Shown in pieces: positions 23,173 through 33,518 of a stretch of DNA of 64,000 bases. The translations under genes were made by a program, and so were the position numbers. Each line of letters opens with the position of its first letter. Position 1 is the first letter of the stretch. The notes beneath the pieces were generated by a model. That model searched no databases. It saw only the letters and a list, made by a program, of their open reading frames with translations, and was not told where the DNA came from. Location of the stretch: assembly GCA_963817385.1 (NCBI GenBank), contig CAWFOM010000008.1:64001-128000 (forward strand), written 5' to 3'. This stretch comes from an uncultured delta proteobacterium (GTDB lineage Bacteria; Desulfobacterota; Syntrophia; Syntrophales; UBA5619).

Positions 23173-23733
23173 TCACCGCTTCTTTTCCTGCTGATCCCCG
23201 GGATAGATCGTGGCCGTCACGCGCTTGTTTTCCGCGCTTTCCACGACCCCCCGGTTCTCATTCAGGAACACGACAATCCGGTCACCTCGGACGATATTTT
23301 TCCCCTCGCGCATGACCGCGCCGCCCGTCATGGTGATCTTCTGGGCATCCTGATCGAAGACGGCCTCATCCCCGGTCACAATCCGCTCTCCTTCGGTGAT
23401 CGTGACATGACCCACCGCCTCAACCCGGTCCAGATTCCCGGTTCCTTCCGCCTCTCCAGTCGATCGACCGGCGGGCTTTGTTTCTTCCTTGTAGTAGAGC
23501 GTCAGGCGGTCCGACCGGATCGTCCGGGCGCCCTGTGTCGCCACTGCATTACCGGAAAAAACCACCATCCGTTTTTCATTATAGGCATCCAGACGGTCCG
23601 AAACGATCTGTATCGGCTGATCCTGTTCGATCCGGGGCCTCTGCTTCGACTGGCCCGAAACGCCATCCGGCTGCCACAGGGCGGTAATCATAACACCCAG
23701 GCAAACAACGATTGTGATGGTCCTCCCCTGCAT
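23173..23733 (-). CDS. lptA: Periplasmic LPS transport protein
   Basis: Signal peptide, OstA-like PIQIVSDRL...FSGNAVATQG; lies between lptC and lptB. Confidence 0.88.
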   Translation of the reverse strand: MQGRTITIVVCLGVMITALWQPDGVSGQSKQRPRIEQDQPIQIVSDRLDAYNEKRMVVFSGNAVATQGARTIRSDRLTLYYKEETKPAGRSTGEAEGTGNLDRVEAVGHVTITEGERIVTGDEAVFDQDAQKITMTGGAVMREGKNIVRGDRIVVFLNENRGVVESAENKRVTATIYPGDQQEKKR

Positions 23734-24302
23734 TACGGTATCCCTCTCATTCCTCCCGCAGAGATTGCCCGAACCTGCGAGAGGATGGTGAGCTTCTGCT
23801 CGTCAAGGGAGAAGATCATTCCCACACCGCTGACCCGAACACTTCTGTTTTCCATCGCGACCGGCCGGTCGGTCTCCATCACCCGGTCGGCATTCCGGTA
23901 TTGGAGGCGCTCCGTCGTAAACCGGTCGCCATTCTCCGACACAATGCCGACATGTCCCTCGATCTCGATATCACGCGATTCGGTATTGAACCGGCCCCGA
24001 TCTCCGGCCATCACGAACGTCTTTCCGTCTTTCGTCACAAGCCTGACATTCAGCTTATCAAAGAAAGCCATGTTTTCCTTCTTCTGATATCTGGCCGTAT
24101 CCGCGGTGATCTCCCACTTCATGCCGGACTCGCCGACCTCGGTATAATGGACATTCCGGACCTGCAGATCGACCCGGTCCGCCATGATATTCAGGAGGGC
24201 CTTCCCCGGTTCCCTCCGGATTCCGATCATGATCGCCGCCGCAACGAGAAGGACTGTGAAGGCCGCGACGATGAGCACCGTCTTTCTTTTGTTCTTCATC
24301 AT
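23733..24302 (-). CDS. lptC: LPS export periplasmic protein LptC
   Basis: N-terminal TM, WEITADTA beta-jellyroll pattern, synteny. Confidence 0.85.
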   Translation of the reverse strand: MMKNKRKTVLIVAAFTVLLVAAAIMIGIRREPGKALLNIMADRVDLQVRNVHYTEVGESGMKWEITADTARYQKKENMAFFDKLNVRLVTKDGKTFVMAGDRGRFNTESRDIEIEGHVGIVSENGDRFTTERLQYRNADRVMETDRPVAMENRSVRVSGVGMIFSLDEQKLTILSQVRAISAGGMRGIP

Positions 24303-24422
24303 CCCCGCCAGAGGTCTTGCCCATCAAACCGGCGGCCGTTCGCACCGATAAGGTCACAAATTTTATACCATCCGCGCCGACAGATGTAAAGATTAAACAT
24401 AGTTTCTAATGATACCGTATAG

Positions 24423-24968
24423 TTACTCAAATTCATATCTCGCGGCCACATCCGCCCACCAGCCCTGGGCCTTGAGGATCACCTCGCACACCTCCCGGAC
24501 TGCTCCCCTGCCACCGGGGCGGTTCGTCACATAATCGGCAACGTGCCGTACCTCCGGGACGGCATCTGCCGCAGCCACCGCGAAACCGACCCGCTTGAGG
24601 AGCGGGATATCAACGACATCATCCCCGACAAATGCTGTCTCTTCCGGAGCGAGTTTTCGCCTCTCCAGAACACCGCCGAAGGCTTCCAATTTGTTCCGGA
24701 TGCCTTGATAAACCTCGGTGATCCCCAGATCGGCGGCGCGGTGCTCGACTACTCGTGATCTCCTTCCCGTCAAGAGCACTACATCGATGTTGTATCTCAT
24801 GAGAATTTTCAGGCCGTGACCGTCCTTCACATCGAAATGCTTGCTCTCGAGCCCTGCATCGTCGATGATGATCCTCCCGTCGGTCATCACCCCATCAACA
24901 TCCAAGATAAGGAGTCTCACCTTGCGAATCTTGTTTAACAGCCGTTCATCAGTCACTTCACTCCCCAT
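24423..24968 (-). CDS. kdsC: KDO-8-phosphate phosphatase
   Basis: HAD LDVDGVMTDG, FDVKDG, GDDVVD, GGRGAVRE. Confidence 0.95.
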   Translation of the reverse strand: MGSEVTDERLLNKIRKVRLLILDVDGVMTDGRIIIDDAGLESKHFDVKDGHGLKILMRYNIDVVLLTGRRSRVVEHRAADLGITEVYQGIRNKLEAFGGVLERRKLAPEETAFVGDDVVDIPLLKRVGFAVAAADAVPEVRHVADYVTNRPGGRGAVREVCEVILKAQGWWADVAARYEFE

Positions 24969-24995
24969 GTTCCTCCTCTTCTCGCCGTAGCCTTT

Positions 24996-25823
24996 TTACC
25001 CTCTCGTTTCCCGGACGACGGCATCGATCCTCTTGAGTGTGGTCAACAGTGCCGGCAGGCTATCCAGGGCCAGTGAATTGGGTCCGTCACACAGTGCGCG
25101 GTCCGGATCCGGATGGACTTCAAGAAACAGGCCATCGATTCCGGCAGCGACCGCCGCCCGGGCGAGACCGGGAACCATGCGACGGTCACCGCCCGAGGCC
25201 TTCCCTGCCCCACCGGGCAGTTGCACGCTATGCGTCGCATCGAAGATCACCGGATATCCCATCTGTCGCAGCATCGGAAAGGTGCGGAAATCGACCACCA
25301 GGTTATTGTAGCCGAAACTGGTCCCCCGCTCGGTCAGCATCAGATTTTCATTGCCGGCCGCCGCGGATTTTTCCAGGATATGGGCGGCATCCCAGGGAGC
25401 GAGAAACTGCCCCTTCTTGATATTCACCGCCCGCGCCTTCTTGGCCACCTCGGCAACGAAGTCCGTCTGCCGGCAGAGAAATGCGGGGATTTGCAGGACG
25501 TCAAGGACGCGCGCGGCAGGATCGATCTCTTCGAAACGATGGACATCGGAGAGAACGGGGATGTCGAACTCTTCCCGGACCCTTTGGAGGATCTCCAGTC
25601 CCCGGGTCAGACCCGGCCCTCGGTACCCCTCCCGCGATGTCCGGTTCGCTTTGTCATAGGATGCCTTGAAGATGAAAGGGATCTCGATCTTCCCGGTCAG
25701 TTCCTTCAGATAGCGGGCTATCTCCAACGTCATCGCTTCATCCTCGATGACACAAGGCCCGGCGATAAGGGCCAGGGGAGCGCCCCCTCCCATGACGAGC
25801 CGGCCAACACGGATAGGTTTCAT
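24996..25823 (-). CDS. kdsA: KDO-8-phosphate synthase
   Basis: AGPCVIE, KASYDKANRTS, KKGQF, DATHSVQ. Confidence 0.97.
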   Translation of the reverse strand: MKPIRVGRLVMGGGAPLALIAGPCVIEDEAMTLEIARYLKELTGKIEIPFIFKASYDKANRTSREGYRGPGLTRGLEILQRVREEFDIPVLSDVHRFEEIDPAARVLDVLQIPAFLCRQTDFVAEVAKKARAVNIKKGQFLAPWDAAHILEKSAAAGNENLMLTERGTSFGYNNLVVDFRTFPMLRQMGYPVIFDATHSVQLPGGAGKASGGDRRMVPGLARAAVAAGIDGLFLEVHPDPDRALCDGPNSLALDSLPALLTTLKRIDAVVRETRG

Positions 25824-25839
25824 GAATGCGTGGCCTCCT

Positions 25840-27849
25840 TCATCCTTTCTGTTTTTGCTGTATGATCCTGATCTTCATCTGCGGAATCTTTCGCGCCGCC
25901 GTCGCCGAATCGGGATTCAGCCCATACGCGGATGTATACGCCTTCAGCGCATCTTGAAAAAGCCCCTTCTTCTCATAGGCTGCCCCAAGATTGACATAGA
26001 CCTCGTCGTCCTCGGGATCATAGCGAAGCGACAACCGGTAATATTCGATCTGCCGGTCCAGGTCCCCCGCGAGACCATAAGCGTCTGCGGCGCTTGAATA
26101 GTAGGCAGCCTTCTTCGGATTCATCTCGATGAGTTTCTTGTAGATCCGGATGGCCTTATCGTAGAGCTTTTCTTTCATGTATGCGTCAACTAAGGCATTG
26201 AGCGTTTCGGTCGTGGGACTGGCAGCGGCGAGCTTCTCATACAGGGCAATCGATTCCTTCGTCTTTCCCGTCTGGCTATACGCCTGGGCCAAGTTTTGGT
26301 GCATCCGGGGATCCTTTGCTCCGAGCTTTATCGCCTTTTGATAATTGTCAGCGGATTGGGCATGATTCTTCAGCTCGGCGTAGGCAAACCCAAGACGGCC
26401 ATACAGCGCCGCCTTCCGAGGGCTCGTTTTTACTGCCTTCTCGTAGAGGGGTACTGCCTCGCTGAAACGTTTGGCCTTGAAATACAGATCGGCCAGTCGC
26501 TCCAGTGTATCCGGGTCGTCCGGCTTCAGTTCGAGGACCTTCTGGTACTCGCGGACAGCCTCCGCATCCCGTTTTCCCTTCTCATAGGCCGCGCCCAGAT
26601 TAAAGTGGATCACCGGATCCTCCGGCTTAAGGTCGAGGGCCTTTCGGTAATTTTCGATCTCTTCTTTGGCCATCCCTTTGCCGGCATAGGCCATGCCGAG
26701 GTTGGCATAGGCGGCGGCATTCTTCGGCTGTCGCTTCACGACCTCCTTATGCCAACGGATGGCCTCATCGATATTTCCCATCTTGAGGTAGAGATCGGCA
26801 AGGGCAATGGCCACATGATCGGCCTTCGGCACCTTATCCAAGACCAGTTGGTACTGTTCCACGGCCTTTCCGAGCTGCTTGGTCTTCTCATATGCCTCGC
26901 CCAGTCTGAATAAGGCCGAGGGATTGTCGGGGCGGATCTTCAAGGCATCCTGATACGAGGCGATGGCCTTGTTCCAGTTTCCCAGATGGCCCCAGGCAAA
27001 AGCCATGTTGGCAAGCGCTTCGTCATCCCGGGGATTAGCTTTGATGATCCGCGCGGAGATCCTGATAACCTCATCATACTGTCCGCTTTTCAGATAGCCC
27101 TTGACGAGTTCCGACAGAGCGGCCGCATCATCCGGTTTGAGCGCCAAGATCTCCAGATACTGGGCAATAGCCTCGCGGGTCATGCCGGCATTGAGATAGA
27201 GAGAAGCCAACATCTTCCGTACGTTGGTATCCTCCCGGTTCAAGGCGATCGCCCTCTTGAGGTATTCAATTTGGACTTTCTGATTTCCTGAACTCCGCGC
27301 GTAACGCAGCCAATCCTGCGGGGTAATTTGCACCCGGATCGGTACGGACGCAATCATCTCATCCCGATAGCTGATCCGGAAGAAATAGTCTCCCGATTTG
27401 TTTCCTCCCTGGCCATTCCGGCCGGTCAGCACCGCCTTGTCGACCAGATCGATCCCTTTGAGAAGCTTCCCGAAGATGTTCTTCCCCCCCATCTCATCGA
27501 TACTTAAGGTAATCCCGCCTCCGAAGAGGACATCCGTCACAACGTTCTTGATCACGAATTCGTCCCGGTAGGAGACCTCAAAAACATCTTGGGAGGTGAG
27601 GGCATAATCTTTCCCGTTTTTCTCCAGAATGAGCGTATAGAAATGCGGTTTCTGATCGAGGACGATAAAGGAAAAGGTATTCCGGACCCGGGCCAGAGAT
27701 GCAGTAAGACCCCGTATCCCGCCAAGAGAGAGGAGTCCGGCGGTCATAACACTGATTGCCAGAAGCACGACGATCATCAGAACGATCCGGCGCTTCACGG
27801 ATTTCCTTTTCTTCACCGGCCTTATCGCTTTGCCCGACGTATATTCCAT
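25840..27849 (-). CDS. Membrane-anchored multi-TPR protein
   Basis: N-terminal TM, then more than 10 TPR-like repeats (e.g. NLGAAYEK...A..Y...L.L.P). Confidence 0.85.
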   Translation of the reverse strand: MEYTSGKAIRPVKKRKSVKRRIVLMIVVLLAISVMTAGLLSLGGIRGLTASLARVRNTFSFIVLDQKPHFYTLILEKNGKDYALTSQDVFEVSYRDEFVIKNVVTDVLFGGGITLSIDEMGGKNIFGKLLKGIDLVDKAVLTGRNGQGGNKSGDYFFRISYRDEMIASVPIRVQITPQDWLRYARSSGNQKVQIEYLKRAIALNREDTNVRKMLASLYLNAGMTREAIAQYLEILALKPDDAAALSELVKGYLKSGQYDEVIRISARIIKANPRDDEALANMAFAWGHLGNWNKAIASYQDALKIRPDNPSALFRLGEAYEKTKQLGKAVEQYQLVLDKVPKADHVAIALADLYLKMGNIDEAIRWHKEVVKRQPKNAAAYANLGMAYAGKGMAKEEIENYRKALDLKPEDPVIHFNLGAAYEKGKRDAEAVREYQKVLELKPDDPDTLERLADLYFKAKRFSEAVPLYEKAVKTSPRKAALYGRLGFAYAELKNHAQSADNYQKAIKLGAKDPRMHQNLAQAYSQTGKTKESIALYEKLAAASPTTETLNALVDAYMKEKLYDKAIRIYKKLIEMNPKKAAYYSSAADAYGLAGDLDRQIEYYRLSLRYDPEDDEVYVNLGAAYEKKGLFQDALKAYTSAYGLNPDSATAARKIPQMKIRIIQQKQKG

Positions 27850-27903
27850 ATCCTCCGATCCCTCTGAACCACGATCCGTTGAGTGTGATCCCCGATAATC
27901 CGT

Positions 27904-28791
27904 TCATCCCCGGGGATGGTACTTCCGGTGAATCTCCTTAAGCCGATCCCGTGTCACATGCGTGTAGATCTGCGTGGTGGAGATATCAGCATGCCCCAGC
28001 ATGATCTGCACGGAACGCAGATCGGCCCCCCCTTCGAGCAGGTGGGAGGCAAACGAGTGCCGAAAGGTGTGGGGATGAACTTTCTTCCCCAGATTCGCTC
28101 GCGCCGCATATTTTTTCACGATCTTCCAAAAACCCTGCCTGGTCAGTCCGCCGCCGGAGCGGTTCAGAAACAGGCGGTCGTTATGCAGCCCCTTCACCAA
28201 TTGAGGCCTTGCCTCTTCGATATACCGTTTCACCTGATCGTACGCAATATGCCCCACGGGGACGATCCGTTCTTTACCCCCTTTCCCCATAGCGATCAGA
28301 TACCCTACCTGCCAGTTGATACTGTTGACCGTCAGATCGATCAGTTCCGACACCCGGATCCCCGTCGCATACATGATCTCGAGCATCGCGGTATCCCGGA
28401 GAGCGGCGGGCGTTGCCGAACCCGGCTGCATGAGCATGAGGCTCATCTCTTCCCGGCTCAGAACGTCGGGAAGGTGCATCCAGACCCGGGCGAGTTCGAC
28501 ATGGGCCACGGGTGTGCTTTCCATCTTCCCGCCACGAAGAAGATAGTTATAAAACCCGCGGATTGCCGCCAGAGCTCGATTTACACTATTCGCGGCAAGC
28601 CCCTCACCTCGAAGATGGGCAAGATAGGAAATCAACTCTTCCGGCCCGATCTCTTGTATTTCGTTTATTTTGAGACCGCTGATAAAAGCCGCATAACGGT
28701 TTAGATCCCGACTATACCCGTCCAAGGTGTTCCGGGAAGCCCCTTTTTCGATCGCCAGAAAATGCAAATATTCATCTATCAAATCATGCAT
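27904..28791 (-). CDS. xerD: Tyrosine recombinase XerD
   Basis: YATGIRVSEL, GKGGKER, HTFRHSFASHLLEGGADLRSVQ, LGHADISTTQIYT, HPRG end. Confidence 0.93.
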   Translation of the reverse strand: MHDLIDEYLHFLAIEKGASRNTLDGYSRDLNRYAAFISGLKINEIQEIGPEELISYLAHLRGEGLAANSVNRALAAIRGFYNYLLRGGKMESTPVAHVELARVWMHLPDVLSREEMSLMLMQPGSATPAALRDTAMLEIMYATGIRVSELIDLTVNSINWQVGYLIAMGKGGKERIVPVGHIAYDQVKRYIEEARPQLVKGLHNDRLFLNRSGGGLTRQGFWKIVKKYAARANLGKKVHPHTFRHSFASHLLEGGADLRSVQIMLGHADISTTQIYTHVTRDRLKEIHRKYHPRG

Positions 28792-28992
28792 GTTTTTTTT
28801 TAACTTAAATGAGACAGAGAAGCAAAGACTTTTTGACTCATCTGTTTCCGGCGTACCGCGCGTGTCTCCCCCGCCACGCATAAGCACGGCGAGGGAATAA
28901 TCACCTAAATGGTCGAGGAGGCGCCAGTCGCACGGCTTGCCGGGCCATCAGCACCCGCCTTTCCAAGCTGAAAGAGGGATCGAGAAACCTTA

Positions 28993-29445
28993 ATGCCTGA
29001 TCCACCAGACTCCGTATCCAGGATTCTCCTCCGGACGCGGGAGGGTGCATCCACGATCCGTGAAGAGATCATGGTTCTGTTGTCCCTCCCCGCGGGAGAG
29101 GAGCGGGAGGCCCTCTCCAGGAAGGCCGATCCGAATATCAGGTCTTTCGCGACGCCGGCGCTTCCCGATATCTCCTCACGGAAGAGACCGCTTCACGGAC
29201 ATTCACTTCCGCATGCGCCCGCGATGCATACTGGACCTCCTACGATGCGTGAAAACCCCGGACGATCTCGGTTATGAGGTAGGCATGGAAAACATCGTCG
29301 GTCTTCCCGGCCGGTCTCGGGAGACACCGCCCGAGGACCTCCCCCTGATGAGGGACATAGATTCGGACATGCTGGTGATCGGTCTTTGATCCCCAATTTG
29401 CCGATACCCAGCTGCCGGGGCGGCATACGGGTGAAGGGAGATGAC
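28993..29445 (+). pseudogene. Decayed HydE-like radical SAM ([FeFe]-hydrogenase maturase) remnant
   Basis: Collinear HydE-like fragments in different frames: REEIMVLLSLPAGEEREALSRKAD; FRDAGASRYLLTEETAS; LGYEVGMENIVGLPG...DLPLMRDIDSDMLVIG; the CxxxCxxC segment is missing. Confidence 0.65.
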
Positions 29446-31128
29446 TCAAGGATTCCCGGAAAGGATCAGTTTTCGGTCAACAAAGAGGGAGTCTGCCGGC
29501 TTTAGGTGATTCAGCTCGGCAAGGAGACGGACCGTCGTGCCGTGCCGTCGGGCTATCGTCGCTAGCGTATCGCCCCTCTTGACCCGGTAGATGACCTGTC
29601 CCGCCTTTTTGACCGGGGAGCGATTCCCGTTGTTGATCGGCCTCTTTTCCTCCACCGTATCCTCATATTTACCGGGAATCTTCAAGACACGGTTTACCGT
29701 GAGGGGATCGCGGGGCTTCATGCGGTTCAGTTTCAGGAGGATAGCGACCGACGTTCCGCTCTTTCGGGCGATCCTCTCAAGAGTATCCCCTTTTTTGACG
29801 CGATACTGGGAACCCTTCGCCTGAATAGGAGGGGGTTCCCCGGCCTTCACCGGTGCAGGAGTTCCATCCCTCAACGCGGAGACACCTCCCGCCGTCCGGC
29901 TTCCTTCCCTCTTCGTTACTCCGACATCCCCGCTCCCCTGATCATCTCGCTTCTTCTCCTCATCACTCTCGCCTGAAGCAGATACGTCAGCGGGCGGGAC
30001 AGGCGGCAGGAACTCGATGATGGATCGGGCAATACTCTCAGCGATCCGCGTCTGGAAACGGTCGCTCTTCAGGAGCTTTTCTTCCTTCGGGTTGGAGATG
30101 TAAGCGGTTTCGATCAGAACCGACGGGATATCGGGAAGCTTGAGCACGAGGAACGGTGCCTCCTGAACGGTCACGAATTTCAGATGATTCTCCTCTTCGA
30201 GATGACGGAGAAGACCGCCGCCGAAGGTTCTTGACCGGTTGATGGCATGGGTCTGGAACAGGTCGAGGATGATCGGATCGGAGGCCTCGCCGCCCTCTCC
30301 ATTGGGGACGCCGCCGAGGACGTCGGCCAGGTTTTCATTCCGTGCAAGAATCTTCGCCGCCTCGCTGCTCGCCCCTCCGGTGGAGATGCAGTAGACGGAA
30401 CTGCCGCCGGCCGTCCGGTTTTTCGCCGCATCCGCATGGATGCTGATGAAGATGTCCGCCCCGTATTCCCTGGCAATCATGAGCCTCTTCTTAAAGGAGA
30501 CATAATAGTCGCCGTCGCGGGTCAGAAAGGCACGGTAACCCGACCGCCCGTTCAGCGTCTTCCGCAGTTTTCTGCTGATGGAAAGCACCACGTCCTTCTC
30601 AAAGGCGCCTCTCTTGCCGACCGCCCCCACCGCCTCTCCCCCGTGTCCGGGATCGATCACGACGATCCGGTCCTTCCGGGTTGTCTTGACATGCCCACGC
30701 GACTCGCTTTCCAGCCTGGCGACATCCGGCAGAACGATATCGATAACGATCCGGTACGGTTGATCCTGAAATTTCTTCAGCTTGAAAACAGTTGTCTGTA
30801 CCTGGGGAGGGAGAAGCAACTCAACGCGTACCCCGGAATGGGCCTGGGGAGAAACAGCGATACCCTCCACTCCCGGTTTGTTGAGCAAAAGAAGGTGGGG
30901 AATGCGGGAGGGAAAGGCGGTTTCGTCCAGATCAACGACAATCTTCCGCTCCCCCTTTTCCACGGTGAACCGGCAATCATCGGTTGTATCGATGACGACC
31001 CGTGTGTGGTCGGGCGCCACCCAGTGTCGGATGTTCAAGATCTGGTTCAAGGCCAGTGCAGAGGGGGGCCAGGCGGATCCAAAGAGCCACACGGCCAATA
31101 TCATGAAGCACTTAAGCGTACGCGACAT
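29446..31128 (-). CDS. N-acetylmuramoyl-L-alanine amidase (AMIN + Amidase_3 + two LysM)
   Basis: TRVVID, IDPGHGG, FISIHAD, LIETAYISN, two YRVKxGDTLxxIA LysM motifs. Confidence 0.93.
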   Translation of the reverse strand: MSRTLKCFMILAVWLFGSAWPPSALALNQILNIRHWVAPDHTRVVIDTTDDCRFTVEKGERKIVVDLDETAFPSRIPHLLLLNKPGVEGIAVSPQAHSGVRVELLLPPQVQTTVFKLKKFQDQPYRIVIDIVLPDVARLESESRGHVKTTRKDRIVVIDPGHGGEAVGAVGKRGAFEKDVVLSISRKLRKTLNGRSGYRAFLTRDGDYYVSFKKRLMIAREYGADIFISIHADAAKNRTAGGSSVYCISTGGASSEAAKILARNENLADVLGGVPNGEGGEASDPIILDLFQTHAINRSRTFGGGLLRHLEEENHLKFVTVQEAPFLVLKLPDIPSVLIETAYISNPKEEKLLKSDRFQTRIAESIARSIIEFLPPVPPADVSASGESDEEKKRDDQGSGDVGVTKREGSRTAGGVSALRDGTPAPVKAGEPPPIQAKGSQYRVKKGDTLERIARKSGTSVAILLKLNRMKPRDPLTVNRVLKIPGKYEDTVEEKRPINNGNRSPVKKAGQVIYRVKRGDTLATIARRHGTTVRLLAELNHLKPADSLFVDRKLILSGNP

Positions 31129-31340
31129 ATCCTCATACCGACAATTTTTCTCTGAATGTATCAGCTCCGGATTGCAATTTCAACCCTGATCGCGAAAAAC
31201 AGATTGACAATGCCTGCCGTTGATGGCAAGGATAGCGCCGCCCCGCCATCTGCGGCTTCCACGGAAAATAGTTGAATATTCCCGCTGCACGGTGTATGTG
31301 TAACGGTGATATTCGGTCTAGCAGAGGGGCATCCGCGAGA

Positions 31341-31417
31341 GGGCGATTAGCTCAGTTGGATAGAGCGCTGGTCTCCGGAACCAGAGGCCGTGGGTTCAAG
31401 TCCCACATCGCCTACCA
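31341..31417 (+). tRNA. tRNA-Arg(CCG)
   Basis: Cloverleaf: GGGCGAT/ATCGCCT acceptor, CTGGT-CTCCGGA-ACCAG anticodon arm, GTTCAAGTC, CCA end. Confidence 0.95.
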
Positions 31418-31481
31418 GAGTGAAAAGTCTTGATTTGCACGGAGACTTGGTATAGAAGGCAAATTCATTTCTAAAGATGGA

Positions 31482-31526
31482 CTCCTTGCCCGGACCTTGC
31501 GCCCGGGCTATAGAGCCGAAAGGAGG
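31482..31526 (+). promoter_or_regulatory. S6:S18 ribosomal protein leader
   Basis: CTCCTT pairs with the SD AAGGAG, inner stem GCCCGG/CCGGGC, unpaired CCG just 5' of the SD, directly upstream of rpsF. Confidence 0.75.
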
Positions 31527-31533
31527 CAACAGA

Positions 31534-31989
31534 TTGAGAAGATACGAAACAATACTTATTGCCCATGTCGATCTTTCCGAGGATGAGTTGAGCAACCTCA
31601 TCGACCGTTATGGAGGTATCGTAACGGGACAAAAGGGCATCCTGGTCAAAGTCGAACGGTGGGGGAAGAGAAGGCTCGCCTATCTGATCAGGAAACAGGC
31701 GAGGGGATTCTACATCCTGATTGACTATGCGGGCGTCAGCGCCGTTGTCAATGAGCTGGAGAGAAACCTCAAGATCGATGACAAGATCCTCAAGTTCATG
31801 ACCGTTCTGAAAGCGGATACGGTCGACCCCGAGGCGCTGGAGCAGGAGATCGCAAGCGCCGCAGGGAAAGAAGAGAAGAAGGAGACTCCCCCGGCCGTCG
31901 TTACGGCAGAAACAGGCGCATCCGGTGCGGCCGATGCCCAGTCTTCAGTTCCGGAAGAAACCAATGCGAAGGGGGATAAGGAATCATGA
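31534..31989 (+). CDS. rpsF: 30S ribosomal protein S6 (TTG start)
   Basis: [20 protein letters not shown], acidic tail. Confidence 0.95.
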   Translation: MRRYETILIAHVDLSEDELSNLIDRYGGIVTGQKGILVKVERWGKRRLAYLIRKQARGFYILIDYAGVSAVVNELERNLKIDDKILKFMTVLKADTVDPEALEQEIASAAGKEEKKETPPAVVTAETGASGAADAQSSVPEETNAKGDKES

Positions 31990-32258
31990 TAACAACACCT
32001 GCATCCAGGGGCTCGAAAGGGCCAAGACCGCAGAAAAAATTCTTTCATCGACGAAAGTTCTGCCGTTTCTGTACCGATTCTACTCTGAAGATCGAATACA
32101 AAGACTCACAGACCCTCAGAGATTTCACGACGGAGAGAGGCAAGATCATGCCGCGGCGGATTACGGGAAATTGCGCAAAGCATCAACGGGAATTGACCGT
32201 GGCCATCAAAAGGGCGCGCACGATCGCCCTGCTGCCCTTTGTCGTCTCCGAAGGATAA
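31986..32258 (+). CDS. rpsR: 30S ribosomal protein S18 (zinc-binding form)
   Basis: [36 protein letters not shown]. Confidence 0.97.
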   Translation: MITTPASRGSKGPRPQKKFFHRRKFCRFCTDSTLKIEYKDSQTLRDFTTERGKIMPRRITGNCAKHQRELTVAIKRARTIALLPFVVSEG

Positions 32259-32483
32259 ATCGACACCCCGACAGCCGCGGCATCGGTCATGCCTCCGTAA
32301 CCGCTGCTGTCGAGTTTCCCCCGGAAGAGGAACCGGCTGCAGAATTTTCTCCTTTGCATATCCACTCAATGATCCGAGTCATCTCTTTTCGCAGAAGATC
32401 TTTCCCGAATGGTGCAGTGGTCTTCCGAAAAGAGAAGAAAGTCCGGATAAGATCGGGGGGGATCCTCTTGAATGTAAGGGCAT

Positions 32484-33470
32484 ATGACGTGGCGGGTAGG
32501 GCAATTGGGAAAAACGGGACTTGGTATTCATAGCGAAGTGATCCGGGGCAGTGCGGTCCTCTCCCTGACCCTTCTCATTGTGGCGCTGATCCCCTTCGTC
32601 GGACCGGTCGTGATCATCATGACCCCCCTGCCGATCCTCTACTACTACTCCCGTCTCGGCAGGATGCGGGGATTGGCGGCCTTGGCTGTTGCCTTGCTCA
32701 CTGTTTCCGGAATCCTCACGCTTCTGGGGCACCGTGCGAACATCTCCGTCCTGTTGATGATCGCCTTTACCGGCGTGATGATTTCGGAGGTTCTCAAAAG
32801 GCGGTATTCCATCGAAAAGACCTTCATCCTTGCGTCGCTGGCATTGTTTTTTTGCGGAGTCGGGTTCGTGCTTTATACTGCGCTTCTCAGCGGCGTCGCA
32901 CCCTGGCGGATGGTGGAGCTTACGATAGAAGGGATAATCGGTGAAAATCTCAAATTATACGAACAGCTCAATATCTCCGAGGATCAGATCGGGATGATCC
33001 GGGAGAATGCCCCGCAGATCATCGGTTTTTTTACCGGCATCTTTCCCGCGCTGGCCCTGTCAGGCGCCGTTCTGACCGTCTGGCTGAATGTCATGACCGG
33101 ACGTTCGCTCCTCGGGAGAAACACCGATCTGTTTCCCGATTTTGGTGATCTGTGCCTTTGGAAAGCGCCGGAAAAACTCGTCTGGCTGTTGATCGTCTCG
33201 GGGGCGATGACCCTTGCGCCCGCTGACATTCTCGATATCGTGGGATTGAACCTGCTTATCGTCTGCTGTCTGGTCTATCTTTTCCAGGGGATGGCAATCA
33301 CCGGGTTTTTTTTCAGGCAAAGGAAAGTTCCCCGCATGTTGCGGTGGTTGTTTTATACCCTCATCGTGGTGCAGCAATATATGGTAGTTCTTGTGATCGC
33401 CTTCGGTCTGTTCGATATCTGGATCGATTTCCGAAAAAGGATCGCAGGAATAAAAGACGTACCGGTATAA
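32484..33470 (+). CDS. YybS/DUF2232 membrane protein
   Basis: Multi-TM protein, YLFQG, GLFDIWIDFR; lies between rpsR and rplI. Confidence 0.85.
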   Translation: MTWRVGQLGKTGLGIHSEVIRGSAVLSLTLLIVALIPFVGPVVIIMTPLPILYYYSRLGRMRGLAALAVALLTVSGILTLLGHRANISVLLMIAFTGVMISEVLKRRYSIEKTFILASLALFFCGVGFVLYTALLSGVAPWRMVELTIEGIIGENLKLYEQLNISEDQIGMIRENAPQIIGFFTGIFPALALSGAVLTVWLNVMTGRSLLGRNTDLFPDFGDLCLWKAPEKLVWLLIVSGAMTLAPADILDIVGLNLLIVCCLVYLFQGMAITGFFFRQRKVPRMLRWLFYTLIVVQQYMVVLVIAFGLFDIWIDFRKRIAGIKDVPV

Positions 33471-33518
33471 ATCTCGGATGGCGTCGATTACCGCCGCCAT
33501 CTCCCAAGGAGGAATGAC

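Noticed and set aside
27904..31417. Tyrosine recombinase near tRNA-Arg as an integrative element
   Set aside because: The protein has chromosomal XerD features; no att duplication of the tRNA 3' end and no cargo genes were seen.
32259..32483. Several hairpins between rpsR and yybS
   Set aside because: No recognisable RNA family or motif; likely termination or processing structure.
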